64,000 nt of DNA from Octopus vulgaris (Eukaryota): the NCBI GenBank assembly GCA_951406725.2, contig OX597826.1, positions 64,356,001 through 64,420,000 on the forward strand. Reading direction: 5' to 3'. Under the pieces are notes generated by a model. That model did no database searches, was not told the DNA's origin, and saw only the letters and a program-made list of their open reading frames with translations. Below, in pieces: positions 1 through 13,684 of the stretch. Numbering within the stretch: position 1 is the first letter of the stretch; each line of letters begins with the position of its first letter. A program made the position numbers and the translations under genes.

Positions 1-53
1 GAAAGAAAAAAATATATTCATTGAACTAAATGAAAAAAAAAAGAAAAATATTG

Positions 54-86
<33 letters not shown>

Positions 87-91
87 TGTGA

Positions 92-147
<56 letters not shown>
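54..147. repeat. Compound (TG)n(AG)n microsatellite
   Basis: Directly visible. Confidence 0.95.
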
Positions 148-151
<4 letters not shown>

Positions 152-1184
152 GGAGGAATTTGAAAAGTGTAAAAATAAAAAAAAATTTTTTTTTTTTAAA
201 TGAATATTTTTCCAAACTAAGATGTTAAAAATAAAACAATTTTTCAAGTTAACTTAAGATTAACAGCATTTATTACCAACATATTTTAAATTGCCTTAAA
301 CAAATTTAACTCTATAAACATTAGAGAGTAATGTGTTTTCGTGTGTGTATGTGTGTGCATAGGTAAAAAAGAATTTAAAAAAAAATAAATGTAAAGCAAC
401 AGTGAATAGTAGGGTTTTTTTGTGTCAAAATAGAATAACAACCATCACCTTTGTAATTTTCGTTGAGAGCAAAAGAAAAATATAAAATAGAGCAAATTAA
501 TAAATAGAAAAAAAACCCTTCACAAGCTAAATTAGTTTAAAATTTAGATGAAAAAGATTTTAAAAATTAAACATTATCATTATTTTCATTTAATTTTGAT
601 TAGTTGGCTTCAATTACAAATTTTGTCTTCTTGAAATAACCAACCCAAATTTTTCTCAGGTGTTATAATTGTTGTTTAGTCTACTCGAGACCAACTCCTA
701 ACTGTATTCTGCATTTTTCCCATGCATTGAATATACAAGACTATATCCAGTCTGAGAAACATACTTTTCAAGGTAGAGTATGTAATATGAGTGGATTTGG
801 CTACTATTTCTACCAGCTCAAGTGACAACGCAGATCCCATTGTTGGTTCTTCAATTTATATGTTGTAGAACAATTAAAAAAAAAATCAAATGTCAATCAG
901 AATTTGGCAATATCAGAAATGAGCCATTTGAGATGTTCTAGAGTATATTATTTTGTAAACCATTGGGAAAAGTGCCTTCAGATATTCAGTTACAATCTTT
1001 TATATTCTGAGTTCGAAGCTTGTCAAGATTAACTTTGCTTTCATCCCTCTGGGGTTAATAAAATAATGTACCAATGAAATACTGGGATTGATTTAAATGA
1101 CTAACACCTATAACCAGATCTGTGGCCTTGTGCCAATGTTAGAAATCCAATGCTGTGGTTTGATAAGATTATTGGTGCCAGACA

Positions 1185-1663
1185 TTGTTGTTTAATATTA
1201 AGCATATTAAACATGTGGAAGCAAAAAGATAACCAACTATCATTTAGTGACAAAAAAAGATGACCTGTTATTTTTTAATATTTTACATTTAGTGGCAAAA
1301 GATGGCCAATTGAATAATATATATTACCAACCAAATAAGGGTCAACTGTCATATTTTTTGTTTCATGACCTAGATCAGTGGAAAGGTCATTGTTGTCTAA
1401 TACTATACATTTAATGACAAAAATGATGGTTTGCTAAGGTTTAATATTAAGTAGAGACAGATAATTCATTGTTTAATATAAAACATTTTGTGATAAAAGA
1501 ATGGCTAACTGTTATTTAAAATTAAACATTTAATCTGGTGGTTTGTTGTTTCAAATTAGACATTTGGTTTCAAGAAAGCTGGCCCCTTGTTGCTTAATAC
1601 AAAATATTTGGTGACAAAAATGGTCCGTTGTTGTTTCATATTTAAATATTTAGTGACAAAATG
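1185..1663. repeat. Diverged minisatellite, unit about 43-45 bp (tgttgtttaatattaaacatttagtgacaaaaagatggcc)
   Basis: Recurring ttgtttaatat...catttagtgacaaaa motifs. Confidence 0.65.
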
Positions 1664-2439
1664 TTTCATAAATATAGAATGCAATAAAAGAAACTAAAAC
1701 TCAAGAAAAAGATTTTGAAAAGAAAAAAAATTTTTCCAATGATTTTGGGAAAAATTAATAGACCTGTAGTGACCAAAACATATATTTTGGAAAGGAACAT
1801 AAGAAAAGAAATGGAGAGAGAAAAGCTAAAGAGAAAAGAAACTGAAAGAGGAAGAGGAAAGAGAGAAAGAGAGAGAGAAAGCAAATAACTTCAAGAATTT
1901 AAAGCTAATTTTCTTTATAATTTGGATTTACTTGGTTTTGATCATCTTAGACAAATAAATAAAATGTGTTGGTTGTTTTTGCTTATTTTTTGGTCTTATA
2001 ACCCTATAATCAAAGGCATTCCAGGTGTGATCATCCTGTCTTCTCTATCCAATATTCTATCCCCTTTCGGCTATAAAGAACTGGAAGAAATGCAGCATGG
2101 TATTTTGTCCAATGATTTATTATTCCTGCCAATAATAGTGATAACTGGCATGCTTCTTTCTATACTACAGGCACAAGACCATCAGTTTCAGGAAAGCATT
2201 AGTTGATACCATTTACCCTGGTACTGGAGTGATGCTTTATTTTAATTGACCCTAGAGAGATGAAAGGCAAAGATAACCTCAAAGATTTTGAACTCAGACC
2301 ATAAAGAGCCAGAACAAATATCAGATGGCATTTTTTTCAACACTTTGGTTATGCCATCTCACCATGATGATGGTGATTTCTTTTATTCCTCCCTAGAGAA
2401 ATGGATGAAGGAGACAATAATGAAGAAATAATAATAATA

Positions 2440-3300
2440 ATAATAATAATCCTTTTCTACTACAAGCAGAAGGCCTGAAATTTTGGGGGAGGGGTTAGTC
2501 GATTACATAGACCCCAGTGATTCACTATTTATTGACCCCGGAAGGATGAAAGGCAAAGTCAATCTTGGTGGAATTTGAACTCAGAATGGAGTGATGGATG
2601 AAATACTGCTAAGCATTTTGTCCAGCATGCCAGCTTGCCACCTTAATGATAATAATCCCTTTCTACTATAAGCAGAAGGCCTGAAATTTTGGGGGAGGGG
2701 TTAGTCGATTACATAGACCCCAGTGATTCACTATTTATTGACCCCGGAAGGATGAAAGGCAAAGTCAATCTTGGTGGAATTTGAACTCAGAATGGAGTGA
2801 TGGATGAAATACTGCTAAGCATTTTGTCCAGCATGCCAGCTTGCCACCTTAATGATAATAATAATAATCCTTTTCTACTACAAGCAGAAGGCCTGAAATT
2901 TTGGGGGAGGGGTTAGTCGATTACATAGACCCCAGTGATTCACTATTTTATTGACCCCGGAAGGATGAAAGGCAAAGTCAATCTTGGTGGAATTTGAACT
3001 CAGAATGGAGTGATGGATGAAATACTGCTAAGCATTTTGTCCAGCATGCCAGCTTGCCACCTTAATGATAATAATAATAATCCTTTTCTACTACAAGCAG
3101 AAGGCCTGAAATTTTGGGGGAGGGGTTAATCGATTACATAGACCCCAGTGATTCACTATTTATTGACCCCGAAAGGATGAAAGGCAAAGTTGACCAAGGT
3201 TGCATTGGAACTCAGAATGTAAAGGCAGATGAAATACTGCTAAGCATTTCGCCCGGTGTGCTAACGATCCTGCCAGCTTGCCACCTTAATAATGATAATA
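2440..3300 (-). mobile_element. Tandem array of four SINE family B copies (unit 206-213 bp, (AAT)n spacers)
   Basis: Near-identical units start at about 2451, 2657, 2869 and 3082; they share the B core gcctttcatccttc.ggggtc with 21326 and 33533. Confidence 0.9.
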
Positions 3301-5141
3301 ATAATTCAGAGGGGGAGGGGGTTAGTCATTTAAAATGATGTTAATACTAATGATAATTATAGTACTAATACTAATTGTGACCAAGCAGTTATATGAACGA
3401 TCCTACTTTTAGTAGCTCCTGATGTAATAAGCATCACTAAAAATTTAGGTTAGAAGTTTTCTAAACTATATATATATATATATATATATATAAAGCAAAA
3501 GAAGAGTAAAATAGTTAACAAGGTGTGTACATTTAACAGACACCACATAATACACACGTGTAATTTTGCTGAGTACACAAAATAAAGTGCATTGCTCAAA
3601 AATACAGTATGATGAAAAAAGGGGGAAAAAAAGACAAATAAAAAAGAAAGAAATTTTTTTTTTTTCATTTTTGAGAATTTCATTCAATCTCCTATTTATG
3701 CCACCATCATAAATACCTTGAAATACTAATCTTTGTTTGGAGTAATTTTTTTCAGAGATTTTTCATATGAAATATTTAAATGGAAAGAATTACAAAATGA
3801 ATGATATAAATGGAGAGTAAATAAAATGAGAAGAAAATAATGAAAAGAATAAGAGACAATGAATACATCAAAATTAATGAGAGACAGAGAGAAAGAGTAA
3901 AAACATAATAAAGTGAGAAAGACAGAATAGGAAATAATGAGGCTTATATGAGAAAGAGAGAGGGCAAAGTCCATGCAGAAGAGAATGGTGGCAACATTGC
4001 TGGTAAAACTGGTTATATGACCTTTTCAGAATGTCACTTCAGACAACCATACATACAATAGCAACACCATACAAATTATTGAACATCATTTATGTAACTT
4101 TTTTTTCATTAATGTAGGTTAATGCATATAAGTATATGTATGTCTGTGTGTGTGTGTAAGGTTTTTGCAATTGGGCGGAGTGGGGCACAATGCATAAAGC
4201 AGTGTCTGTGTATTATTTATTAGCTGTGAATCTAACACTGTGACTCAAAAGCTTAGAGTTTCATTTCAAAGAACTTGTCAAACTAAATAGAATTTAAACC
4301 AACTATCACATGTATAGTAAAAACATTTAATCTTTCAGAAAGATCATCATTTAATGTCCACAACTCCATGCTTGCATAAGTTGGACAGATTTGAAGAGGC
4401 AGATTTCAACAGCCAGCAAAAAAAAGAACAAAAATTCCATTAAATAATTACACACATCAATCAAAGTAAATAAAAAAAAATTGTTGTATGATGTGAAAAT
4501 ATCTTTATTTTCTTTCTTTTTTGTGTGAAAATTTTTTTTCAGATTGAGTCTGAAAGCTGTTTAGTTTGAGATGTTCTGTTATGAAACTCTAAACCTTTGT
4601 GTAATTTATGTCTCTCGATCTCTGAATCACTTAGTTTCACAGGTGATATATTACACATATATGCACACATACACACACACCAGCACTAACATGCTATCTT
4701 AAAGATATTATTTTGAAAGTGATATGTACTTGATATATTCAGATTGTTTAGTATATTTTTGCATAAGAGCAAGGGTAAATAACAGAGGAAGAGTTAAGAA
4801 TCAATAATGAGGATTCTGCTTAAGCTAGAAATACTTATGGTTAATGTTTAGCCTCAGGTCAGCTATGATTGAGCATACTTATTATGAAAGAGTTCCATTT
4901 GTGATTATACATCCTTTTGTATAGTCACATTCCCTAACATCTTTTTTGACTATCTATATATACATATATGAAGGCCTCTGTTGGTCGAAGGTGGCCAGAT
5001 ATTTGTACACAGAGACTTCCTCTCCAGAGTACAAGTTCAAGAAATGTTTATATAAGACTGTCAATTTATTTCTCTAAACTGACCAAAGCCTTGTGAATGG
5101 ATTTGGTAGATGAAAGCTAAAAGAAGCCAGTCACATACATA

Positions 5142-5174
<33 letters not shown>

Positions 5175-5221
5175 TTCCCTTTGTATAACGGTAATTTTTC
5201 ATAGCATTTTTCCAATGGCTG

Positions 5222-5282
5222 GATAACTGAAAAGATGGCAGCGTAGATTTTCACCTCAGCATCCGAAACTCGGAGTTTTATC
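5222..5282 (+). ncRNA. Degenerate minimal type-I hammerhead ribozyme motif (Penelope-like remnant)
   Basis: gataa-CTGAAAA-gatg...catcc-GAAA-ctcggag-TT-ttatc. Stem I gataa/ttatc pairs perfectly; core position 8 is A rather than G. Confidence 0.5.
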
Positions 5283-5318
5283 ATGGCTACCGAATAATTG
5301 TCACATATTACATTTACA

Positions 5319-5429
<111 letters not shown>

Positions 5430-5517
5430 GAGGTTGAAAAGGAACACGTGAGTTAATATGTAAAAGGAAAATAAGACAAGGTAGAAAATACTAAAATAAT
5501 TTTATCATGAAGAACAT

Positions 5518-5565
5518 TTTAGTACTGGTTTCAGCCTTTGCGACTTTTTCTCTTTTTCAACTTAG
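5518..5565 (-). ncRNA. Degenerate minimal hammerhead-like motif with a U3/A8 core
   Basis: Minus strand: taag-TTGAAAA-(8-bp duplication)-agtc gcaaa ggct-GAAA-ccag-TA-ctaa; stem I is weak. Confidence 0.35.
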
Positions 5566-6299
5566 AGTAAAGCATAAAAAACAAATTGTGGAAAAATTAA
5601 ATGAAATCTTTTTTTAAAAATATTTCCCTAGTTTTCAAATGCAAGGGACATTTTCCTTTTTTTCTGTCTGTCTCTTTTTTACTCATGTAAAAGGAGATGA
5701 TGTAAGTATCCCAAATTTAATATCAGTTACAATTGCTTCAGTACCATTCTGCTTCAAACTACAATGCCCATAAATAACTGTATGATTATACATTATGTGG
5801 TACTGTCCTTTACAGAGCCCTACAATATGTAATAGAACAGAAAGGGTTAACACAACAATAGATATGCTGATATATAAGCAGCACTCAACTGTGCTTTTGT
5901 CTGTCTGCAGTAAGAGGAGTAAGGAATTGTAGTCAAGAAGATACTTCTACATAAGAGTATGGAGTAGCAATAACCTTCTGTAGCTTGTGTTTGACATTTA
6001 CTCGTTCAAATGATGTTTAGAAAGACATACACTATACTTCTATGAAGCTACTTACAATTGTTTGGTAGTAATTGATCCTGGTATTCAATTTTCTCCCATA
6101 ATATGTTATTGTTATGATAATTATCCTTTTAATTTCCTTGTTACAAATAACGTTTTGAACTTTAATCTTTCATTCATAGAACATTTTTTATTCTTTTCAT
6201 TAATGACTTAGAGGAAGAAAAGCAGTCCTTTTCAGGTTTCCACGAGTAGTGGGGCAAAGAGAGAAATTTAATGTGAGACTGGTGACCTAACCTGAATAC

Positions 6300-7120
6300 A
6301 TGTAAAAGAGTGGACTCTATTAAAGACATCCAAGAGCTAAGTGGGGGGGTGTTAATCTAGTTTCATCAATGTTAAGCGAGTTGTTGGTCATATCAGTTGG
6401 GATGCATCTGTGCATGTAGAAGTAGTGAGATAGATTGACTTCAAGTAATGCTGCCTTGCACACCTGAGCTCCTCAAATAGGGCCTCTAGACAATCTACTT
6501 CACTAGCCATCTGCATACACCACCTCAAGCCCCAGGGTATATCTTATACTCTATTCTGGTTCATAGTTTGTGGAGGAACCCTATACAATACTAATCTTTG
6601 CATTTATGAATTATGCTATTGAGGACCATATCATGCCAAAATAAAACCTTAATTGATTCTCTAATGTAATCTTCTCTTGCAGACACAAATTCTGTAGCAC
6701 CTTTGCTCATTATGTAAAGTCATAATTTCTCTTCAGCTTACTGTACTTGTATTATCTTCCACTACTTCCACTTCCTCCCATGTCTCTATGTCTATTGCCT
6801 CTAAGTTTATTAACAGATTTATCATCAGAGATTGACAACTCTGACCCCTGCTAGGTGAACTGACTACAATTTCCTTCTGCTAGCAATTAATTTTCATCTG
6901 CTTTCTCTAATCTCTATTTCTCTCTTTTTATCTTTAAACCTTTATATCTATAAACAATACTAAATGACTCACACCTAGCACTCTACTCTTGAAAAGGTAG
7001 GCCGAATTTACTGAACAATTTCATCTAGACTTGTCACTGGTCACACACCTATGACATGGTGCACATATCACCTACGAATATGGTTCTCAGATAATTTTGG
7101 TGGTTGAGATAAGACCTTGC
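6300..7120 (+). mobile_element. Possible highly degraded LINE APE-endonuclease remnant
   Basis: LDLSLVTH followed by a frameshifted GS.DN near 7024-7095 resembles the LDLV...GSSDH end of APE domains; many stops; boundaries uncertain. Confidence 0.25.
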
Positions 7121-7410
7121 ATAATTGAAGAAAGAAAAGTAAACCAATGCTTTCATTACGTAATGTTTTTCATTGTATAAATTTTTTCTTCATTTATGAT
7201 CTATATTTTATGCTCCATGTAAATATGTCTCAAGTCTGTGTTATCTACCTCCATAACATTGTGGTTTAGATTCCTCTTATAAGATACTTCTGTACCATGG
7301 GCCTGAGCCTTGATGAGAAAGTTGGAATTTAAGTTCACATTCATTTGAGCACAACTCTGTGTCATCTATACCAAGCTTACTTTGCTCTTATCCACTCACA
7401 CTTTCTTCCC

Positions 7411-7441
<31 letters not shown>

Positions 7442-8395
7442 CATATATATATACACTCACTACAATATATAACAATATATCTGCATATTCTATATATCTG
7501 TGTGTTTATATCAGATCCACCTTTCTCTTGCAAAATACTGGACAACTTGAAGTGGCTGGCAGTTCAAGTGACATCAAAAGCACTTTGAATGCATATTTCA
7601 TATTATATATATATATATATATATACACACACAATTATTAACATGTAAACTTGCATGGTTAACTTCTGCATTCTGTATTCCTATACCATTGCTATGGTGT
7701 GTGTGTGTGTGGTATAGGTGCTTGCATGTTTGTATATATCAAACAGTTCTTGTGGTTTCTGATTATTAAAATGTCTCTTCTACAATGTAATTGCTATAGA
7801 CACATATGTACACACAGAGCTTTGCTATTTTCAAGCAATTTCTTAGTAGGCAAAATATAAAATGCTAATTGCAAAAGTGCAATTAATATCCTATGGAGAT
7901 TTTACAGAAATAATCAAAAGTAAATGGCACAGGAAGGTGCATATTGCCCTTTCAGCAAGTATGTATATGTGAATATGTGTGGTTATTTACGTATATGTCA
8001 AAGCATTTAGTGGAATAATGTGTACACATGAAAACAACTCTATATCTATCTGTCTCTAGCTCTGTATCCATCTATATATCATGCTCAAAGTATCTTTTTT
8101 TTTAAAGTAGAAGGAAATTGTAGTATAACAAAAACAACAGCTGTTGTTCTATATGTCTCTCCAGATAGCTGATAATTCCCCAATTTAACGGTGTCTGCAA
8201 TGACTTTAGCATTTAACATAAATGATACATAGAGAAAAAGGAGAGAGAAATACTGGAACAAAATTAAATGTATTTGAAAGTATCGTATCATTTCAATAGA
8301 TAAATACTACCATCTTAAATGGTGCCACCAGGAATATGTCCAACAGAAGAATCCTTTAAATGTCAGAAAGAAGAGAATATGTATATAAGTATGTC

Positions 8396-8767
8396 TATCA
8401 GGCTGAGTAAAAAGTAAGCAACGTTTTGAAACATGAAATTCATCACTATTTCAATACTGCGGAAATTTTATTCATCAAAGTAAGTACCATTACAATCAAC
8501 CCATTTTTGCCAACAAGTTTGTTTATTCCAGTAACATAAAAATCTGCAGTTCTGGAGCTGATGAACTCTTTGAATGCACTTTCAGTACCGGTTTAATTTT
8601 TGAAGTCCTTCTCTTGCAGGAAACCATCAAGGTGCTTGAAAAAGTAGTAATCAGTAGGAGAAAGGTCTAGGGAGTAAGCTGAGTGGGGAAGAACTTTGAG
8701 CCTAGTTCCCTCAACTTCAGGAGCTTCATTAGTGAAGCGTGTGGTCAGGCATTTTCATGAAGAATGG
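8396..8767 (-). mobile_element. Mariner transposase C-terminal remnant with one terminus
   Basis: Translates to ILHENA*PH...VLPHSAYSLDLSPTDYYFFKHLDGFLQEK...FYVTGINKL...WQKWVDCNGTYFD, a variant of the YSPDL motif. Confidence 0.88.
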
Positions 8768-9032
8768 TAGGGTGTGATTTGAAGGAGAGTTTGGTTGCTA
8801 CATCCCATCAATCATGTAGATGCTCCCAACTGATTAGAATGGAACTAGCTAATGTATGGAACAGAACTGAACTAACAATGAAAGGGATCATTGCCAAAAG
8901 AGGATATTAGCAAAGATCAAATACAAATAGGTATATTATGCAACATCAGTGGCTGAGGTCATTAGTTCAGAAGTAAATGCTCCAAATACTGAATCCTCTT
9001 CAACTTGAATTGTTCAAAGAATTTTAATAGAA

Positions 9033-9066
<34 letters not shown>

Positions 9067-10771
9067 ACGCGGGTATGTGCACATGAATGCAAGTGATTTT
9101 GTGTGCACAATGCATTTTTTAAAATTGTGTCAAGGGGCCAGTTGGTGAAATAAAAACACAGGCTGGTTAAAATGGTTCCTCCAAATATCTTCTGTAGAAG
9201 AGCTGGATCTGCTCAGTGACCTTTTGATTGGGGACTTCAGTTTTGTGTAAAGTCAACCTCTTCACAAAAACTTCAGTATCCACTAGAAAGGTGCTTTACT
9301 TTGATTTAGAGAAATATGAAGCAGATGAGAAATAAACATCCCACTGAATGTGATGCTAATCTATGCAGGTTATTTTCCCAGAAGACATTATCTATTCTCT
9401 ATAGCTAGGGTTCAAATAAGGTAAAATAATGGGAACTAAGCACCCTAGAAACAACAAGCATCTACAATGGATCTAAATTCCTGATTCATAATCCAATATT
9501 CAAATTAAGTACCTTACACTTTTTTTGTGTGACTTAGTCAGGAGAAAGGGCATGTGTCTAATGATTGAATTTAGTAAAAAACTAAAAGAACAGTTTTAGT
9601 GTAGAATTAATCTTGGAGGATATATCCCAAGTCTTTGGAAAAATTGCACAGATAATATAAAGATTGGTTACAGAGACGAATGGTCTTTCATTAACTTTCA
9701 TTATCCCCCCACTGTTGAGAGTTTAACAGCAAACAGTATTCAGTTGCAAGTATAACTGCTTACAGCAATTAGCTGCTCTATCTTGGAAACAAAATATCTA
9801 CAGAGGATATGAACTCAGGATTCATGATTCACAATCCAATATTCAAATATAGTAACTTTTTTATTGTTTTTGTAGTTCTTTAATGAGAGTAGTTCGGCTA
9901 TGACCTTTAGGAACCTTTAACAATGGAAAAAAGAACCCACAACTGATAGGTTGCTACAGTAAGAAGTAATACATCTAACTATCTGTTGAATGTGCCTTAG
10001 ACCTGAGATTAAGCTAGTCTAAATGCTTGCAATAGAGGGGACTCCACTAAGAAGCACTCATGTTAGATAGTGGTGTTAAATTGAACAGCAAATTTAGTAT
10101 GTCATTGAAGAACAGAGACAGTTTCTGTCAACCCAATTTTGTTTTCAAGGTTTCAATTGACCCGAGACCATTGTTGAAGACATCTGTCCAATGGGATCAA
10201 ATGTGAAATCATGGGATTACAAATTGAATCTCTGATTTCAGGTAAAAGATTAAGTCTATCACTTCAAGGTCCAGTCTTTGGTGCATGTGGTGACTTGTGT
10301 ATCTAAATGATTCTGAAAGCTATACCAGTAGAGTACAAGCTCCACCACTAATGTGCCAACCATGCTGGACAGGTTAAAGGATAGAGGTTATACTAATATA
10401 GATCACCTCTTCCCAGAGGGAAGCATTAATCATAATTTGAAACCAAGAACTGGGAGAGGAAAACCTTCGATCAAGGAAAGAGCGAAATAATTCTGATGCC
10501 ATCATAGATCTATTTCATTATTTCACATAATGATCTATTATCTGTAGAAAGAAGATGGATTATTGCATAAAAGAAAGAGGAGAAACTAAATTGAAACTAT
10601 TTCCAAATTGCAGCCCCTGAAGTGTCATCAATTTCTTACATCAACAAACATCACCATAGTCAACAAATGTCATTTTCTTCACTTCTACACCAGTCACAAA
10701 TGTTATTATTATCAACATCTTTTCTTTAAATAAACAAAGGGTTACATTCTTAAGATGTGTATGTGTGTGTG

Positions 10772-10808
<37 letters not shown>

Positions 10809-10811
<3 letters not shown>

Positions 10812-11110
10812 GAGGCGCAATGGCCCAGTGGTTAGGGCAGTGGATTCGCGGTTGGAGGATCGCGGTTTTGATTCCCAGACCGGCTGTTGTGTGTGTTTAT
10901 TGAGTGAAAACACCTAAAGCTCCACGAGGCTCCAGCAGGGGGTGGTGGCAATCCCTGCTGTACTCTTTCGCCACAACTTTCTTTCACTCTTTCTTCTGTT
11001 GGCCTGCTCACTTAGCCAGCGGGGTGGCGTCATTTGAAGGCTAAAACAATGCGAAGGGCATTGTGACCAGCGATGTGTAACAACATCTGATAGCCTGGTC
11101 GGTCACATGA
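10809..11110 (+). mobile_element. tRNA-derived SINE family C, inserted in (TA)n
   Basis: Head gtggaggcgcaatggcccagtggttagggcag...gattccc with A/B-box-like motifs; head shared with the 43094-43402 copy; (TA)n on both sides. Confidence 0.85.
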
Positions 11111-11301
11111 TATATATATATATATATATATATATATTGATAGATGTTATGTTTAAGTGCAAGTATGAAAGAAAAAAAGGAAGATAAACAAAAATAGGTG
11201 TGAGGAGTGTATTTACACAGAAGATTGCAAATACAAATAAACAAAATAAATAGTGCAGTAATCTTATCTTTACAGCTGTTTTGGGTGAACAAAAATTGTT
11301 G

Positions 11302-11343
<42 letters not shown>

Positions 11344-12637
11344 GTGTGTCTGTGTGACATATGTGTGTATGTGACATGTTTGCTCAGGTTACACACAATG
11401 TGTGACCCAAGCAAACACGCATGAAAATGTAGACAGTAAAATGATGATGATGATGATAGGTATTTGATAGGTGTTTATTTTTATGTTTGTGTATGCACGT
11501 GTATGCGGTGCATATGTACATGCTTGTTTGGGCTTCAATACTTACACTGTAGTTTTTATATTAAAAGAGGAAATAAAATATGAAAATAAACAAAAACTCA
11601 AAGAACAGAAAACTCCATGCATTTCAAAAACAAACAAAAAAATGCCCTCCTCCAAAAAAGAAACACCCTACCACACACACACATACACATAAAAGAGAAT
11701 GCAAAAATGCAACTTCAATAGAAGGGAATCTTATAACATGCTTGTTGAAGTGGTGAGGTGGTCTGTTAGAAAATATGTTACCCTTCCTATCTGTATGTAT
11801 TATAGATAAGTGGATGAATATGCCAAAATTACAGATTTGGAATATTACATGCAAATAGACAAAGAGGTAGACATAGAAGAAACATGTACAAACACAGAAA
11901 TATATCAAATATATACACATGTATACACTTACTTCCTGAACTACTTTTTATAAGAGATATATTTATAATTAAAATATGTATTTATAAGCAACAATAAATG
12001 AAGAAGTGGCAAAAGTAAGTGTGTATGTGTGTGTGAGAGAGAGAGAGGGAGAGTTTGTGCATAGTCATGTGTGTGTGTCATAAAATGTGCCACTCCCTTT
12101 CTAAATATAAAAAAAAAAATATCTTCTTTCACACAATTTAAAGAAAAAAAAAATCCGAATAATTTGGTAGCTAAATATAAACAGTTGTGTATGTCAGCTA
12201 TGTAAGGAAAGGGTTAAACCAGCAGATTAGCTAGCTAGCTAGATGGATGGACAGATGGAGAGGTAGACAGACAGGTAGAACAGGTAGAGAGTAGACACAA
12301 CTAGATGGACACTTGGAAAGGTAGATGAATACAGACAGACAGGTAGATGGATAGATAGATAGATAGATAGTGAGGTGGCTAGATAGCTTGGCAAACAGAC
12401 AGCTAGAAGGATAGACAGCTCATTTGCGAGAAACAGGTAGAGACATACTTAAATATAAATAGATGAATAGTACATATATATATATATATACATACACACA
12501 CAGAAATGGATAGATGAATGAATGGACAGGAAGATGGAAAAACAAAGAGAGAATTATTTCTTTTAATCCATAAAAGAAATATATGTTAAAATAAAGTAAA
12601 AAGACAATAAACCAATGCTCAAGATCAGCAATATATG

Positions 12638-12691
<54 letters not shown>

Positions 12692-13466
12692 TATCCATGG
12701 TAAAGTAGTGATAGTAAAAGGACAAACATTTTCAGTTAACTTATGCTTTTCTCAGAGAATTTTGGAAAGCTTAGTGAGAGATGAAGCAAAAATATAAAGG
12801 TAAATAAATTTTTAAAAAAACCCATAAAACAAAATCAATGCCTAATCTCACCTGGGTTCTTCACAAATGCTAGATTGTCAAATAAAATGAAAGTATCAAA
12901 AAAAATAAGTTTGTCATTAATTAGGGAAATAGCAAGATGGTATTGGTCAACTTATAACTAAGGGGTACATACTGGTCAGTGGCGGGTATACAACTGTGTG
13001 CAGATTTAAAAGTGAAGATTGTTGTGAGGAAATGATTTTTAAGTGCAATATAAAATTATATTATCAACACAGAGATAATCAAAGATAAACACATGTATTT
13101 AAAGTGTTTTAAATGAATATATCTTTTACCTTTATTTTTCACTTAGTTGGGATACCACCTTCAAAGGTTTAGATGAGCAAATCAGTCCCTGTACTTAGTT
13201 TTTTTTTTTATCAAACCATTAAGTTATGGGGATGTACAGAAACCAATACCATTTGTCAAGCAGTGGGGGTGGGGAGGAGAATACAAACACAAAGACACAC
13301 ATCAAGATTCCACACAGTTTCTGTATGCCAAATACACCCACAAGTCATTGGTTGACCTGGAGCTTTTGTAACCAACTGGTTACAAAAGGAACTTCTTAAC
13401 CACCTACTGGCATTCACTTCAATGACTCAGCAATGAGCCTGCACAGAAAACCATTGTTGGTTCATG

Positions 13467-13506
<40 letters not shown>

Positions 13507-13653
13507 GAAGGCATCCAACAATTGTAGAAAATTTAGAAATCATATCAGATTCAAAAGATATCTCAACACATTTAAATATACTAAGTCTTTCTAATGTGAA
13601 GGGTCTCCATTTTTGTATTAAGGTAGCCCTCTCTCTCTCTCTTTCCTTCCCTC

Positions 13654-13682
<29 letters not shown>

Positions 13683-13684
<2 letters not shown>

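Noticed and set aside
7141-7180. Third TGAAAA...GAAA hammerhead-like motif on the minus strand
   Set aside because: No loop in stem II and no proper stem III or stem I; likely chance in AT-rich DNA.
10640-10723. Candidate PLC exon with a GTAAG donor
   Set aside because: Stops in all three frames and no PLC similarity.
10809-10885. tRNA gene
   Set aside because: tRNA-like head of a multicopy SINE; no complete acceptor stem, and it continues into the SINE body.
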